Assembly: GCA_963640465.1 (NCBI GenBank)
Contig: CAVHYP010000001.1
Location: forward strand, 20,553-84,552
Reading direction: 5' to 3'
Length of the DNA: 64,000 bases
Source of the DNA: Bacteroidaceae bacterium
GTDB lineage: Bacteria; Bacteroidota; Bacteroidia; Bacteroidales; Bacteroidaceae
Part shown: piece by piece, positions 46,472-55,042 of the stretch
How the letters are laid out: every line of letters starts with the position of its first letter
How positions within the stretch are numbered: position 1 is the first letter of the stretch
The notes under the pieces: model-generated
The model's database searches: none
What the model was told of the DNA's origin: nothing
What the model saw: only the letters and a program-made list of their open reading frames with translations
Program-made: the position numbers and the translations under genes

Positions 46472-46535
46472 TACTTATATATTCAACATCTGGTGGACTT
46501 TCCACAACATCCGGTAGACTTACTGCAACTCAATG

Positions 46536-46988
46536 TCACTGACAGTCCCCGAATATGGGGCTGTCGATGCTGACGATGGACTGGATTCTTATCTGCATGC
46601 CGTTGGTCAGAGAAAGAGTTTGGTTGTAGGTGTCGATGGCTTTTAGTGTGCCAGTGATGGTCTGAACCATGATTTTTCTACTTTGTCGGTTGGCAGTCGT
46701 GTCGGCTTGTCGCTTGTCTGTCGTGGCAGTGACGGCAATGGGCACAGCTTCGTTGCAGCACGACTGGAGAATACTGATTTTGCGGTCGAGATCTTCGGGC
46801 GTGTCTTCTCCAGGCGCATAGTCGAAGTCTGCGTCTGTTTGTCTGCCGGCCTGCTTTATGGCATCTTCGTGACCATTGAGCGCGGCAAAGGGTGCGAACT
46901 GCGTTGCACGGTCTTCCATCGACATTTGCGGATGATGTTTCGACACGTGGTGGGGAAGATTGATTATGTCGTTGAAAATGCTGGTCAT
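46536..46988 (-). CDS. YolD-like protein (accessory partner of Y-family polymerase)
   Basis: 150 aa. Motif LPHHVSKHHPQMSMEDRATQFAPFAAL. There is a 4-nt overlap with the upstream polymerase gene. Confidence 0.7.
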   Translation of the reverse strand: MTSIFNDIINLPHHVSKHHPQMSMEDRATQFAPFAALNGHEDAIKQAGRQTDADFDYAPGEDTPEDLDRKISILQSCCNEAVPIAVTATTDKRQADTTANRQSRKIMVQTITGTLKAIDTYNQTLSLTNGMQIRIQSIVSIDSPIFGDCQ

Positions 46989-48523
46989 GCGTTGTGCCCT
47001 CCTATCTGATTGTTGCGCTCGCGCGTGGTTGCTCCTTCGTTGAAGTCGAGACCTTTCAGTATGGCGTTCTTTCCGAACTTCTTCTTGATGCTCAGCAGGG
47101 CCTCCTGCATCTTCCGTTCTTTCTTGTCTTGCCTTACCTCTGCCTCTTGCTGATCGTGTTGCTGCTGGTAGTCTGTGAACATGTCGAGCTGCACTGCCGC
47201 TGGCTTGGCCTTTGCTTGCTGTTCCTGGTCTTCATAGACAATGTGGTTGGCACATACGTTGAGCCGGCGGACAAACAGCGAGGGGTCGGTATAAGAGTGG
47301 AAGAGTTCGTCCACTGCTTTCGATATGGCTCTGCTCGACGATGTCATTCTATCGAGATTCATCGAACCGTGAGCAGGCTTGGGTACTGGCCGTCCGTAGC
47401 GATCGTACACCACTTCACCTTTGTATTCCTCGCGTGCTTTCTCTCTTCTCAGATTTTCAGTGTCGTAATCCACGTTGATCACTATCTGGTCGGTCATCAA
47501 CCGCTTTTCCACCAGTTCCAGTGCCAGCGAATCTGCCATCTCGAGGATGACTGTCCTTGCCTGGGTGAAAGGGTAGGGTGACTTCAGCACTTGCCCGTTG
47601 CTGAGCGATTTTGCTCTGGGCTTGTAGGCTTTGATGGCTTCGATGGTGCATGGCTCCCATCCCCATGCGTGGTCAATCAACAGTTCGGCATTCACTCCGA
47701 AGAGTTTGTAGAAGATTTCCTCGTCGCGCACCGAGCATTTGGCAATTTGCCCCATTGTGTAGATACCAATCCGCTCCAGTTTTTGTGCTATTCCTGGGCC
47801 CACTCTCCAAAACTTGGTGATTGGCTGGTAGTCCCACAGTTGGCGGCGGTATGTCATCTCGTTGAGTTCGGCAATGCGCACTCCATCCTTGTCTGCCGGC
47901 ATTTTCTTTGCCACGATGTCCATTGCTACTTTACACAGATAGAGGTTCGTGCCGATGCCTGCAGTGGCAGTGATGCCGGTGGCAAGTAACACGTCCTTTA
48001 TCATCCTCATGGCAAGTTTGTGGGCAGTCAGCTTGTAGAGTTTCAGATAGTTGGTGGCATCGATGAACACTTCGTCCACAGAATAGACATGGATGTCTTC
48101 GGGTGCAATGTATTTGAGGTAAATCTTGTAGATTTTGCTGCTGCACTCGATGTAGTCAGCCATGTGGGGATTGGCAGCCACAAAGTCGATCTCTAGTTCC
48201 GGATGGGCTTTCAGTTCGGAGTCGGACACGGATTTGCCGGTGAACGAGTGCCCGGGTGCATTGCTGCGCCGTTCTTTGTTCACCTCCTTCACTCTCTCCA
48301 CCACTTCGAACAGCCGTGCCCTGCCACCGATGCCATAGGCTTTCAGCGAAGGCGACACAGCCAGGCAGATGGTCTTTTCCGTGCGGCTTACGTCAGCCAC
48401 CACGAGATTGGTGGTCAACGGGTCCATGTTCCGCCTCACGCATTCCACTGATGCGTAAAACGATTTCAAGTCGATGGCTATATATGTCCTTTCCTCTTGC
48501 ATGGGCAGTTTGTTGGCATTCAT
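46985..48523 (-). CDS. Y-family (translesion) DNA polymerase, UvrX/YqjW-like long form
   Basis: 512 aa. Catalytic motifs YIAIDLKSFYASVE and VYSVDEVFIDAT. The C-terminal tail is ...KKKFGKNAILKGLDFNEGATTRERNNQIGGHNA. Confidence 0.8.
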   Translation of the reverse strand: MNANKLPMQEERTYIAIDLKSFYASVECVRRNMDPLTTNLVVADVSRTEKTICLAVSPSLKAYGIGGRARLFEVVERVKEVNKERRSNAPGHSFTGKSVSDSELKAHPELEIDFVAANPHMADYIECSSKIYKIYLKYIAPEDIHVYSVDEVFIDATNYLKLYKLTAHKLAMRMIKDVLLATGITATAGIGTNLYLCKVAMDIVAKKMPADKDGVRIAELNEMTYRRQLWDYQPITKFWRVGPGIAQKLERIGIYTMGQIAKCSVRDEEIFYKLFGVNAELLIDHAWGWEPCTIEAIKAYKPRAKSLSNGQVLKSPYPFTQARTVILEMADSLALELVEKRLMTDQIVINVDYDTENLRREKAREEYKGEVVYDRYGRPVPKPAHGSMNLDRMTSSSRAISKAVDELFHSYTDPSLFVRRLNVCANHIVYEDQEQQAKAKPAAVQLDMFTDYQQQHDQQEAEVRQDKKERKMQEALLSIKKKFGKNAILKGLDFNEGATTRERNNQIGGHNA

Positions 48524-48533
48524 TTTTATGTGC

Positions 48534-48541
48534 CAAAGTTA
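48534..48541 (-). promoter_or_regulatory. candidate -7 promoter box (TAACTTTG) for the polymerase/YolD pair
   Basis: TAnnTTTG on the minus strand, only about 10 nt upstream of the ATG, implying a near-leaderless mRNA. Confidence 0.35.
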
Positions 48542-48623
48542 CAAAAACTAATTGAAAACAGATGTATTGCAGCCGTAAAAAAGATAAGTAGCCTCACAAT
48601 TTGGTGAATATAATTAAAATGCA

Positions 48624-48754
48624 TATCTTTGCAAGAACAAGACAAAGACATTGGATAATCTTTGCAGTAACAATGCAAGAGATTGACAAGGACAAAACAA
48701 TATCTTTGCAGTAACAAAGCAGGAGATTGATAAGAACAGAACAAGAGACAAAGA
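48624..48754 (+). repeat. duplicated promoter-like segment: three ATCTTTGCA boxes, two in a 44-bp tandem unit
   Basis: TATCTTTG at 48624-48631 and at 48701-48708, and TAATCTTTG at 48656-48664. The unit ATCTTTGCAGTAACAA(T/A)GCA(A/G)GAGATTGA... starts at 48658 and 48702. The tail AAGAACA(G)AACAAGAGACAAAGAC is also present after box 1. Confidence 0.75.
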
Positions 48755-48756
48755 CT

Positions 48757-48966
48757 ATGGACAGACTTCCAAAAGACTCGGCGATGCTTGTATCGGCAGT
48801 GAACATGCTACTGCGTGATGATGAGTTCGACACGCTGGAGTCGTTGTGCTATAATTTCGACACTACGCCCGAACAACTGAAGGAAAATCTGAAGGCAAAC
48901 GGTTACGTGTATTGCGAAGAACAAAAACAGTTCCGTCCCGACGGATTCAACAAGGCTGGTGAATGA
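48757..48966 (+). CDS. small DUF4250-like protein
   Basis: ORF 48727..48966, with the likely start at MDRLPKDSAMLVSAVNMLLRDDEFDTLESLC (48757). Confidence 0.55.
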   Translation: MDRLPKDSAMLVSAVNMLLRDDEFDTLESLCYNFDTTPEQLKENLKANGYVYCEEQKQFRPDGFNKAGE

Positions 48967-49002
48967 TTTCATGATTCAGCGAAAGACTTCACGATTCAGT
49001 AT

Positions 49003-49263
49003 ATGATTTCACGAGACTGCATAGAATCCGCCTATTGTTTTTTCCACCAGAAGCAGAGAGTGTATGAGTATTCAACCATCGACTGGCAGAAAGACGACAT
49101 CGAACTGGCAATCAGTGAGTATGTGAACGGCATGGATATGAATCTCTATCGGCTTCTGGCTGATAGCAAGGAAGACTTCCTGCTCGATCATACTTGCTTT
49201 GCCTCAGACCTTGGGAAGGCAGTTGAACGATTGGACGGACTGATGAAGATGGATGAAAACTGA
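49003..49263 (+). CDS. small hypothetical protein (86 aa)
   Basis: An open frame with plausible composition, in the same orientation and 37 nt after the DUF4250-like gene. I recognise no motif. Confidence 0.4.
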   Translation: MISRDCIESAYCFFHQKQRVYEYSTIDWQKDDIELAISEYVNGMDMNLYRLLADSKEDFLLDHTCFASDLGKAVERLDGLMKMDEN

Positions 49264-49364
49264 AATAGCGGACAGCGGAAGTATAGAAGTATAAATAACG
49301 AACGATAAAAAGTACAAAACAATAAAGACAAAACAAAACGATAAGAACAAAAAACAAAAGTAAT

Positions 49365-50495
49365 ATGAAGAAAGTTAACATTCTGGCACTTGCGGTGTGC
49401 CTTATTTCATTCTTTGCATGCAGCGCAAAGCAAGGATATGTGATTACAGGAACGGCAGAGGGAACAGTGGACGGCGATACCGTTTATCTCTGCAATATGC
49501 AGGGTTTCTTCTCAATGATTCCTACCGACACAGCCTATGTGAAGAACGGACAGTTTGAATTCAGAGGAGATTTCGATGGCGCTGCAATACGTTATGTCAT
49601 TGCAATGCACAATGGTGATGCCGTAGGCGGATGGGCTGACGTCATCCTCGAGAAAGAAGCAAACATCAAGGTGCAGATATTCAGCGACGACTCTAAGAAG
49701 CCAGTTGTGGAGAGCGATGGTGTGGAAGCACAATTGTATAAGGAATTCATGGCATTGGAGGACAAATGGAACAAGACTCAGCAACCTTCATGGGACATCG
49801 TGCGTGAGCAGAAAGGCACTCCGGAACAGATTGCAGCAGCACAGAAAACAATGGACTCAATCACTGTGGAGATGCACAAGGCTGAGAAACAGTTTATGAT
49901 CGACCATCTGCCATCGGGCGTGAGCGATATGATTCTAGCATCAGTGTACAGCCGCACAGAATCGGACAAGGAAAAGGCTGAGTTGCTGGACTTGTTCAAG
50001 CAGAAATGTCCGAACACACCTAATTATAAATCTATAATTGCTGACATCGAGGCAAAGCAAAGGGGAAAGGTGGGTTCTACCTACACCGATTTCACAATGA
50101 GTGATCCCGATGGCAAGAAACTCTCGATAAGCCAGTTTGTGAAGAACAACAAATACACACTGGTCGACTTCTGGGCTTCATGGTGTGGACCTTGCTGCGC
50201 TGAGATGCCAAATGTGGTGAAGGCTTACGAGAAGTTCCACAGCAAAGGATTGGAAATCATTGGAGTATCGCTTGACAATGACAAGGACGCATGGCAGGCA
50301 GGACTCAACCGCTTGAAGATGTCATGGCCTCAGATGTCAGACCTCAAGGGCTGGGAATGTGAAGCAGCTTCGCTCTATGGCATTCAGGCAATTCCTTCAA
50401 ACATACTGATTGACCAGAGCGGAAAGATTGTGGCAAAGGACTTGCGTGAGGAAGAATTGCAGACAAAACTGGCAGAACTCTTGAATAAGGACTGA
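49365..50495 (+). CDS. TlpA-family thiol:disulfide oxidoreductase lipoprotein (thioredoxin fold with N-terminal extra domain)
   Basis: 376 aa. Lipobox MKKVNILALAVCLISFFAC and active site LVDFWASWCGPCCAEMP. Confidence 0.85.
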   Translation: MKKVNILALAVCLISFFACSAKQGYVITGTAEGTVDGDTVYLCNMQGFFSMIPTDTAYVKNGQFEFRGDFDGAAIRYVIAMHNGDAVGGWADVILEKEANIKVQIFSDDSKKPVVESDGVEAQLYKEFMALEDKWNKTQQPSWDIVREQKGTPEQIAAAQKTMDSITVEMHKAEKQFMIDHLPSGVSDMILASVYSRTESDKEKAELLDLFKQKCPNTPNYKSIIADIEAKQRGKVGSTYTDFTMSDPDGKKLSISQFVKNNKYTLVDFWASWCGPCCAEMPNVVKAYEKFHSKGLEIIGVSLDNDKDAWQAGLNRLKMSWPQMSDLKGWECEAASLYGIQAIPSNILIDQSGKIVAKDLREEELQTKLAELLNKD

Positions 50496-50547
50496 TGAAC
50501 GTAGAGAAGGAGTTTTGAATGTAAATAAGAACTGATGAACGTAGAGA
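50491..50547 (+). repeat. 40-bp duplication of the ung start region (ACTGATGAACGTAGAGA x2)
   Basis: Copy 1 (50491-50507) spans the tlpA-like stop TGA and creates an overlapping ATG (TGATG), opening a 7-codon mini-ORF (MNVEKEF*). Copy 2 (50531-50547) carries the real ung ATG at 50535. Confidence 0.8.
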
Positions 50548-51197
50548 TAGAACCATCCTGGAAAGAACAGTTGCAGACTGAGTTCGACAAGCCATATTTT
50601 GCACAGTTGGCTGCATTCGTTAAGCAGGAATATGCAACCCATTCGGTTTATCCTCCGGGCAAACTCATTTTCAATGCCTTCAACCAGTGCCCGTTCAACA
50701 AAGTAAAGGTGGTGCTGATTGGGCAGGATCCTTACCATGAACCGGGACAAGCCCAAGGACTGTGCTTCTCGGTGAACGAGGGCGTGACATTTCCGCCTTC
50801 GTTGAACAATATTTTTAAGGAGATAGAGTCCGACATCGGTACGCCAGTGCCAAAGAGCGGTGACCTCACCCGATGGGCAAAGCAAGGTGTGCTGCTGCTC
50901 AATGCAACACTCACGGTGCGTGAGCATGAGGCTGGTTCCCACCAAAAGCACGGATGGGAAGAATTCACCGATGCCGTCATCCGTACGCTGAGCGAGAAAT
51001 GTGAGAACCTGGTGTTTATCCTTTGGGGAAGTTATGCCCAGGGAAAGAGCAGTTTGATTGACAGTAAGAAACATTGCATCCTGCGGTCGGCACATCCGTC
51101 GCCGCTGTCTGCCTACCGCGGCTTCTTCGGCAATCATCATTTCAGTTTGACAAACGACTATCTGCGGTCGAAAGGTATTGAAGAGATAAAATGGTAA
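50535..51197 (+). CDS. ung: uracil-DNA glycosylase (family 1)
   Basis: 220 aa. Motifs [26 protein letters not shown]. Confidence 0.95.
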   Translation: MNVEIEPSWKEQLQTEFDKPYFAQLAAFVKQEYATHSVYPPGKLIFNAFNQCPFNKVKVVLIGQDPYHEPGQAQGLCFSVNEGVTFPPSLNNIFKEIESDIGTPVPKSGDLTRWAKQGVLLLNATLTVREHEAGSHQKHGWEEFTDAVIRTLSEKCENLVFILWGSYAQGKSSLIDSKKHCILRSAHPSPLSAYRGFFGNHHFSLTNDYLRSKGIEEIKW

Positions 51198-51856
51198 AGA
51201 ACATAATATTTGATTTCGGTGGTGTGATTATTCATATCGATTCCAAGGAAGCGTGCCGCAGGTTCATTTCCCTGGGCATTACCGATGCAGAACAACAACT
51301 GAGTATCTTTGGACAGACAGGCATCTTCCGTGAAGTGGAGACTGGCGAGATAACAGCCGAGGAATTCTGTCGGAAACTGGCAGCGGAAGCAAAGGAAAAA
51401 GGCGGAAAGTTCAAGGACGAGGAAAATCCTACATTCACGTTCGAGCAAGCACAATGGGCATGGCTCGGCTACATCAAGACTGTGCCCCAGAAGAACCTGG
51501 AGACATTGCTCCGGTTGCAGAAGGACTACAACCTCTACTTGCTGAGCAACCTCAATCCTTTCATCTCACAGTGGGACGAGAGTGAGGCATTCAGCGGCGA
51601 CGGTCACGGACTCAGCCATTACATTTCCGAACGCTACTACAGCTTCCAGCTGCACGACTACAAGCCTGCACCTTCCATCTTCGAGAAGATGCTCAGCCGG
51701 GCAGGAATAAAAGCCGAGGAATCGGTGTTTCTCGACGACAGTCCGAAGAATATCGAGGGATGTGAGAAGGTGGGAATCAAAGGACTTCTCGTGCAGAAGG
51801 ATGAAGACTGGACGGATCGTCTCGATGCGTTCCTCGCAAAGCAAAATGGATTGTAA
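51191..51856 (+). CDS. HAD-IA hydrolase
   Basis: 221 aa. Motif I is [10 protein letters not shown] and motif IV is [12 protein letters not shown]. There is a 7-nt overlap with ung. Confidence 0.75.
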   Translation: MVKNIIFDFGGVIIHIDSKEACRRFISLGITDAEQQLSIFGQTGIFREVETGEITAEEFCRKLAAEAKEKGGKFKDEENPTFTFEQAQWAWLGYIKTVPQKNLETLLRLQKDYNLYLLSNLNPFISQWDESEAFSGDGHGLSHYISERYYSFQLHDYKPAPSIFEKMLSRAGIKAEESVFLDDSPKNIEGCEKVGIKGLLVQKDEDWTDRLDAFLAKQNGL

Positions 51857-51879
51857 GACGATGAGTGTAAGAACTAATA

Positions 51880-51992
51880 CCGGGACAAGATGTACCGAGG
51901 CAAGATGTATTAAGACTATATGCGCTAAGGTAAAGAGTGTTAAGACTATATGTGCTGATTCAATATGCGCCAAGCCAATGTGTGCTGGGATA
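51880..51992. repeat. degenerate periodic units of about 15 bp (CAAGATGTA / CTATATGYGCT / AATATGCGCC / CAATGTGTGCT)
   Basis: Seen directly. It produces the Cys-rich pseudo-peptide TRCTEARCIKTICAKVKSVKTICADSICAKPMCAG in the extended ORF, and the AHI..AHI pattern on the opposite strand. Confidence 0.6.
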
Positions 51993-53216
51993 ATGCTTGC
52001 GAAGACTCGGATATTTCCTCTGCTGACATTCCTGTTCGTTTCCATCTCGTTGTCTGCCCAAAGCGATGTGTTTGAGCAGCAGTTTCTGAAAAGCAGGAAT
52101 ATTGAAATTACTGAAGGCAATTTTGTGAAGTTGCTGAAAAGCGGCAAGGATAAATTTGCAGACTTGTTTGAGTCGGTACGCAATGCCAAATCGTTCATCC
52201 ACCTGGAGTACTTCAATTTCCGCAACGATTCGATTGCACGTCTGCTCTATCATGAACTGGCTCTGAAAGTGGCAGAAGGCGTTGAGGTACGAGCCATGTA
52301 TGATGCATTCGGCAATTGCTCCAACAACCAGCCAGTGGAACGCCACATGCACGACTCAATCTCGGCGCTGGGAATAAAACTCGTGAAGTTCGACCCGATC
52401 ACCTTTCCGTGGGTGAACCACATCATTCCGCGCGACCATCGCAAGATTGTGGTAATTGACGGCAAGATTGGCTATACGGGAGGCATGAATGTGGCAGACT
52501 ATTACATCAACGGACTGGAGGGAATTGGTCCGTGGCGAGACATGCACATGCACATCGAGGGACCGGCAGTGGAACTACTCCATCGTATTTTCTGCCGTAT
52601 GTGGCAGGAGTCTACGGGTGAATCGCTGACTGGAGAAAAATATTTTCCTGAGCAGAAAAAAAGAGGAAACTCGAAGGTGGCAGTCGTAGACCGCCATCCG
52701 GGCGAGACCAACAAGTCAATGCGTGAGCTCTACGTCAGCATGCTCGACAATGCCCACAGCAAGGTGCTACTTGTGAACCCTTATTTTGTGCCGACCAAAT
52801 CGGTGCGCGATGCACTCAAGCGCTGCATCGACAGGGGAGTGGACGTGGAAATCATGCTCAGCGAGAAGAGCGACATCCCGCTTACTCCCGACGCAAGCCA
52901 CTACGTGGGGCGTAAGATGCAGAAGCGCGGAGCCAAGGTCTTCATGTTTCATGGCGGTTTCCACCATTCGAAGATAATGATGGTCGACGACAAGTTCTGC
53001 ACCGTGGGGTCAACCAATCTCGACAGCCGGAGCTTGCGCTGCGACTACGAGGTGAACACGGTGATTTTCGATGAGTACATTACGGCAGAACTCTCCCGTA
53101 TGTTCGAAAACGACAAGAAGAATTGCGTGCCAATGAACACAGACTATTGGAAGCAGAAAACCCACTGGAAACGCTTTGTCGGTTGGTTTGGCAATCTCCT
53201 GACACCGGTGCTGTAA
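51993..53216 (+). CDS. phospholipase D-family enzyme (cardiolipin synthase-like), two HKD motifs
   Basis: ORF 51762..53216 overlaps the HAD gene and the repeat tract. I prefer the start at 51993 (MLAKTRIFPLLTFLFVSISLSAQ). HKD motifs are HRKIVVIDGKIGYTGGMN and HHSKIMMVDDKFCTVGSTN. Confidence 0.8.
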   Translation: MLAKTRIFPLLTFLFVSISLSAQSDVFEQQFLKSRNIEITEGNFVKLLKSGKDKFADLFESVRNAKSFIHLEYFNFRNDSIARLLYHELALKVAEGVEVRAMYDAFGNCSNNQPVERHMHDSISALGIKLVKFDPITFPWVNHIIPRDHRKIVVIDGKIGYTGGMNVADYYINGLEGIGPWRDMHMHIEGPAVELLHRIFCRMWQESTGESLTGEKYFPEQKKRGNSKVAVVDRHPGETNKSMRELYVSMLDNAHSKVLLVNPYFVPTKSVRDALKRCIDRGVDVEIMLSEKSDIPLTPDASHYVGRKMQKRGAKVFMFHGGFHHSKIMMVDDKFCTVGSTNLDSRSLRCDYEVNTVIFDEYITAELSRMFENDKKNCVPMNTDYWKQKTHWKRFVGWFGNLLTPVL

Positions 53217-53480
53217 AAGACAATGGCTTAGCGTAGAACAAGTAGGGCTTTAGTTATTGAAAAACAATGGCTTAGTCATGGGATAATAAGACTTTAGCAT
53301 GAGAAAATAACGTTTTTGACATAAAAACAAGGTCTTTAGCGTGGAAAATAGAGGTTTTACACCTTATATCATATATAGTAGATGGGGCTTTTAATGAGAG
53401 GAGTCAAAACTTTTGGTAAGAGGTAACAAGGTCTTCGGCGTGTGTGAAAACGAGTCTTGCATTATAGTAAATCATGTGAT
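53215..53480. repeat. degenerate array of about 11 units, 22-bp phased (AAAAACAAGGTCTTTAGCGTGG type)
   Basis: The TT(T)AG cores end at 53231, 53253, 53275 and 53297, then 53339 (exact 22-bp steps for the first four). The array begins inside the stop codon of the PLD gene. Confidence 0.75.
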
Positions 53481-53506
53481 ATAGAGAAAACAAAGAACAA
53501 GAAATA

Positions 53507-55042
53507 ATGAAACAGTCACGATTGAAATCAATTGTTGCAATTGCCGTTGTGCTGATGGCGATTGTCTTTACCGACATGAATGCGCAACGCTATCCCAAGC
53601 GTGAGTTCCGTGGTGCATGGATTCAGTGTGTCAACGGGCAGTATCTTGGCAAGTCGCCTGCCGAACTTCGTCAGATGCTCAGCAGTCAGCTCGATGTACT
53701 TCAGAAAGCCGGCATCAATGCCATCCTCTTCCAGGTGCGTGCCGAGGGCGATGCGCTCTACAAGTCTTCCTATGAGCCATGGAGCCGTTATCTCACCGGT
53801 GTGCAGGGCAAGGCTCCTGCTGACGGATGGGATCCTTTGGCATGGATGGTTGATCAGTGTCACAGCCGTGGCATGGAGTGTCATGCATGGATAAATCCTT
53901 ACAGGGCAAAGACAGCGGGAACTACGGTGCTCGACCCCAACCATCCGGCAAGCCGGTATGCTGACCGCGTGTTCCGCTATGGCGACCTGCTCATATTCAA
54001 TCCTGCGCTCGAAATCAACCGCCGGTACACTTGCCTTATTGTGGAGGATATCCTAAGTCGCTACGATGTCGATGGCTTGCACATGGACGACTATTTCTAT
54101 CCTTATCCAGTTGCAGGTCAGCCCATCCCCGACCAGGCATATTTCAATGCTGATTCTCGCGGATTCAGCAATATCGAGGACTGGAGGCGCGACAATGTGA
54201 ATCTGCTGATCAGCGACATCCATAAGTTGGTGCGCAAGGTGAAGCCTTGGGTGAAGTTCGGCATTTCTCCCTTCGGCATCTATCGCAATAGTCCCGATGG
54301 TGTGAACTGCAGTCGCGGAAGTGCCACTCGTGGAACGCAGAACTATGACGACCTCTATGCTGATGTGGTCTATTGGATTGACAAAGGTTGGGTGGATTAT
54401 ATCATTCCTCAGATTTATTGGAATATAGGCAATGCGGCAGCCGACTACAAGGTGCTTTGCAACTGGTGGAACGACTATTGTGGCAAGCGCCCTCTTTTCA
54501 TCGGACAGGACGTGGAGCGCACTGTGAAAGGTGTGGACCCCGACAATTCACAGCAGCATCAGATGCTTGCCAAGTATGCCTTCCAGCGCAGCCAGCCCAA
54601 TGTGCAGGGTTCGTGCCAATGGTATGCGGCTGCAGTGGTGAACAATCCGGGCAACTATCGCACGATGCTTGAGGTTGAATACCACCGCTACCCGGCTCTC
54701 CAACCGCTCATGACTTTCATCGACGGCAAGGCTCCGAAGAAGGTGGGCAAGCTCTCCATTGATTTCGAGGGTGGCAACGGCACTTACGGAAGCGGCAAGA
54801 TTTATCTCACATGGAAGGCTCCGAAGGCAAAGAAGGAGATGGACAAGGCTCACCAGTATGTGGTCTATCGCTTTGCTCCGGGCGAGAAGGTTGATGTGAA
54901 AGTGGACGATGCGTCGCATATTGCTGCCATAACCAGTGAAACTCGATTTGAATTGACTGGCAACATGACTGACTACACGTTCGTGGTCACTGCTCTCGAC
55001 CGCCTTCACAATGAATCAAAGCCGGTGAAGGTGAAGTTGTAG
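53507..55042 (+). CDS. glycosyl hydrolase-like 10 (GHL10/YngK-type) family protein, secreted
   Basis: 511 aa. Signal peptide, then motifs REFRGAWIQCV, GINAILFQVRAEGDALY, HAWINPYR, LHMDDYFYPYP. Confidence 0.75.
   Translation: MKQSRLKSIVAIAVVLMAIVFTDMNAQRYPKREFRGAWIQCVNGQYLGKSPAELRQMLSSQLDVLQKAGINAILFQVRAEGDALYKSSYEPWSRYLTGVQGKAPADGWDPLAWMVDQCHSRGMECHAWINPYRAKTAGTTVLDPNHPASRYADRVFRYGDLLIFNPALEINRRYTCLIVEDILSRYDVDGLHMDDYFYPYPVAGQPIPDQAYFNADSRGFSNIEDWRRDNVNLLISDIHKLVRKVKPWVKFGISPFGIYRNSPDGVNCSRGSATRGTQNYDDLYADVVYWIDKGWVDYIIPQIYWNIGNAAADYKVLCNWWNDYCGKRPLFIGQDVERTVKGVDPDNSQQHQMLAKYAFQRSQPNVQGSCQWYAAAVVNNPGNYRTMLEVEYHRYPALQPLMTFIDGKAPKKVGKLSIDFEGGNGTYGSGKIYLTWKAPKAKKEMDKAHQYVVYRFAPGEKVDVKVDDASHIAAITSETRFELTGNMTDYTFVVTALDRLHNESKPVKVKL

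Noticed and set aside
45862-46535. tmRNA, RNase P RNA, SRP RNA or a tRNA in the large gap
   Set aside because: I could not find the signature elements: a tRNA-like acceptor/T-arm with a tag reading frame, the GAGGAAAGUCC P4 region, the SRP GGAA/AGCA loop motif, or a cloverleaf. GGGGTTCAAAAT at 46442 lacks a complementary T-stem partner.
51762-51992. Cys-rich repetitive N-terminal domain of the PLD-family protein (TRCTEARCIKTICAKVKSVKTICADSICAKPMCAG)
   Set aside because: It overlaps the end of the HAD gene and coincides with a roughly 15-bp periodic DNA tract that reads as a repeat in all frames. A normal signal/TM sequence starts at Met 51993. I cannot fully exclude a start at 51860.
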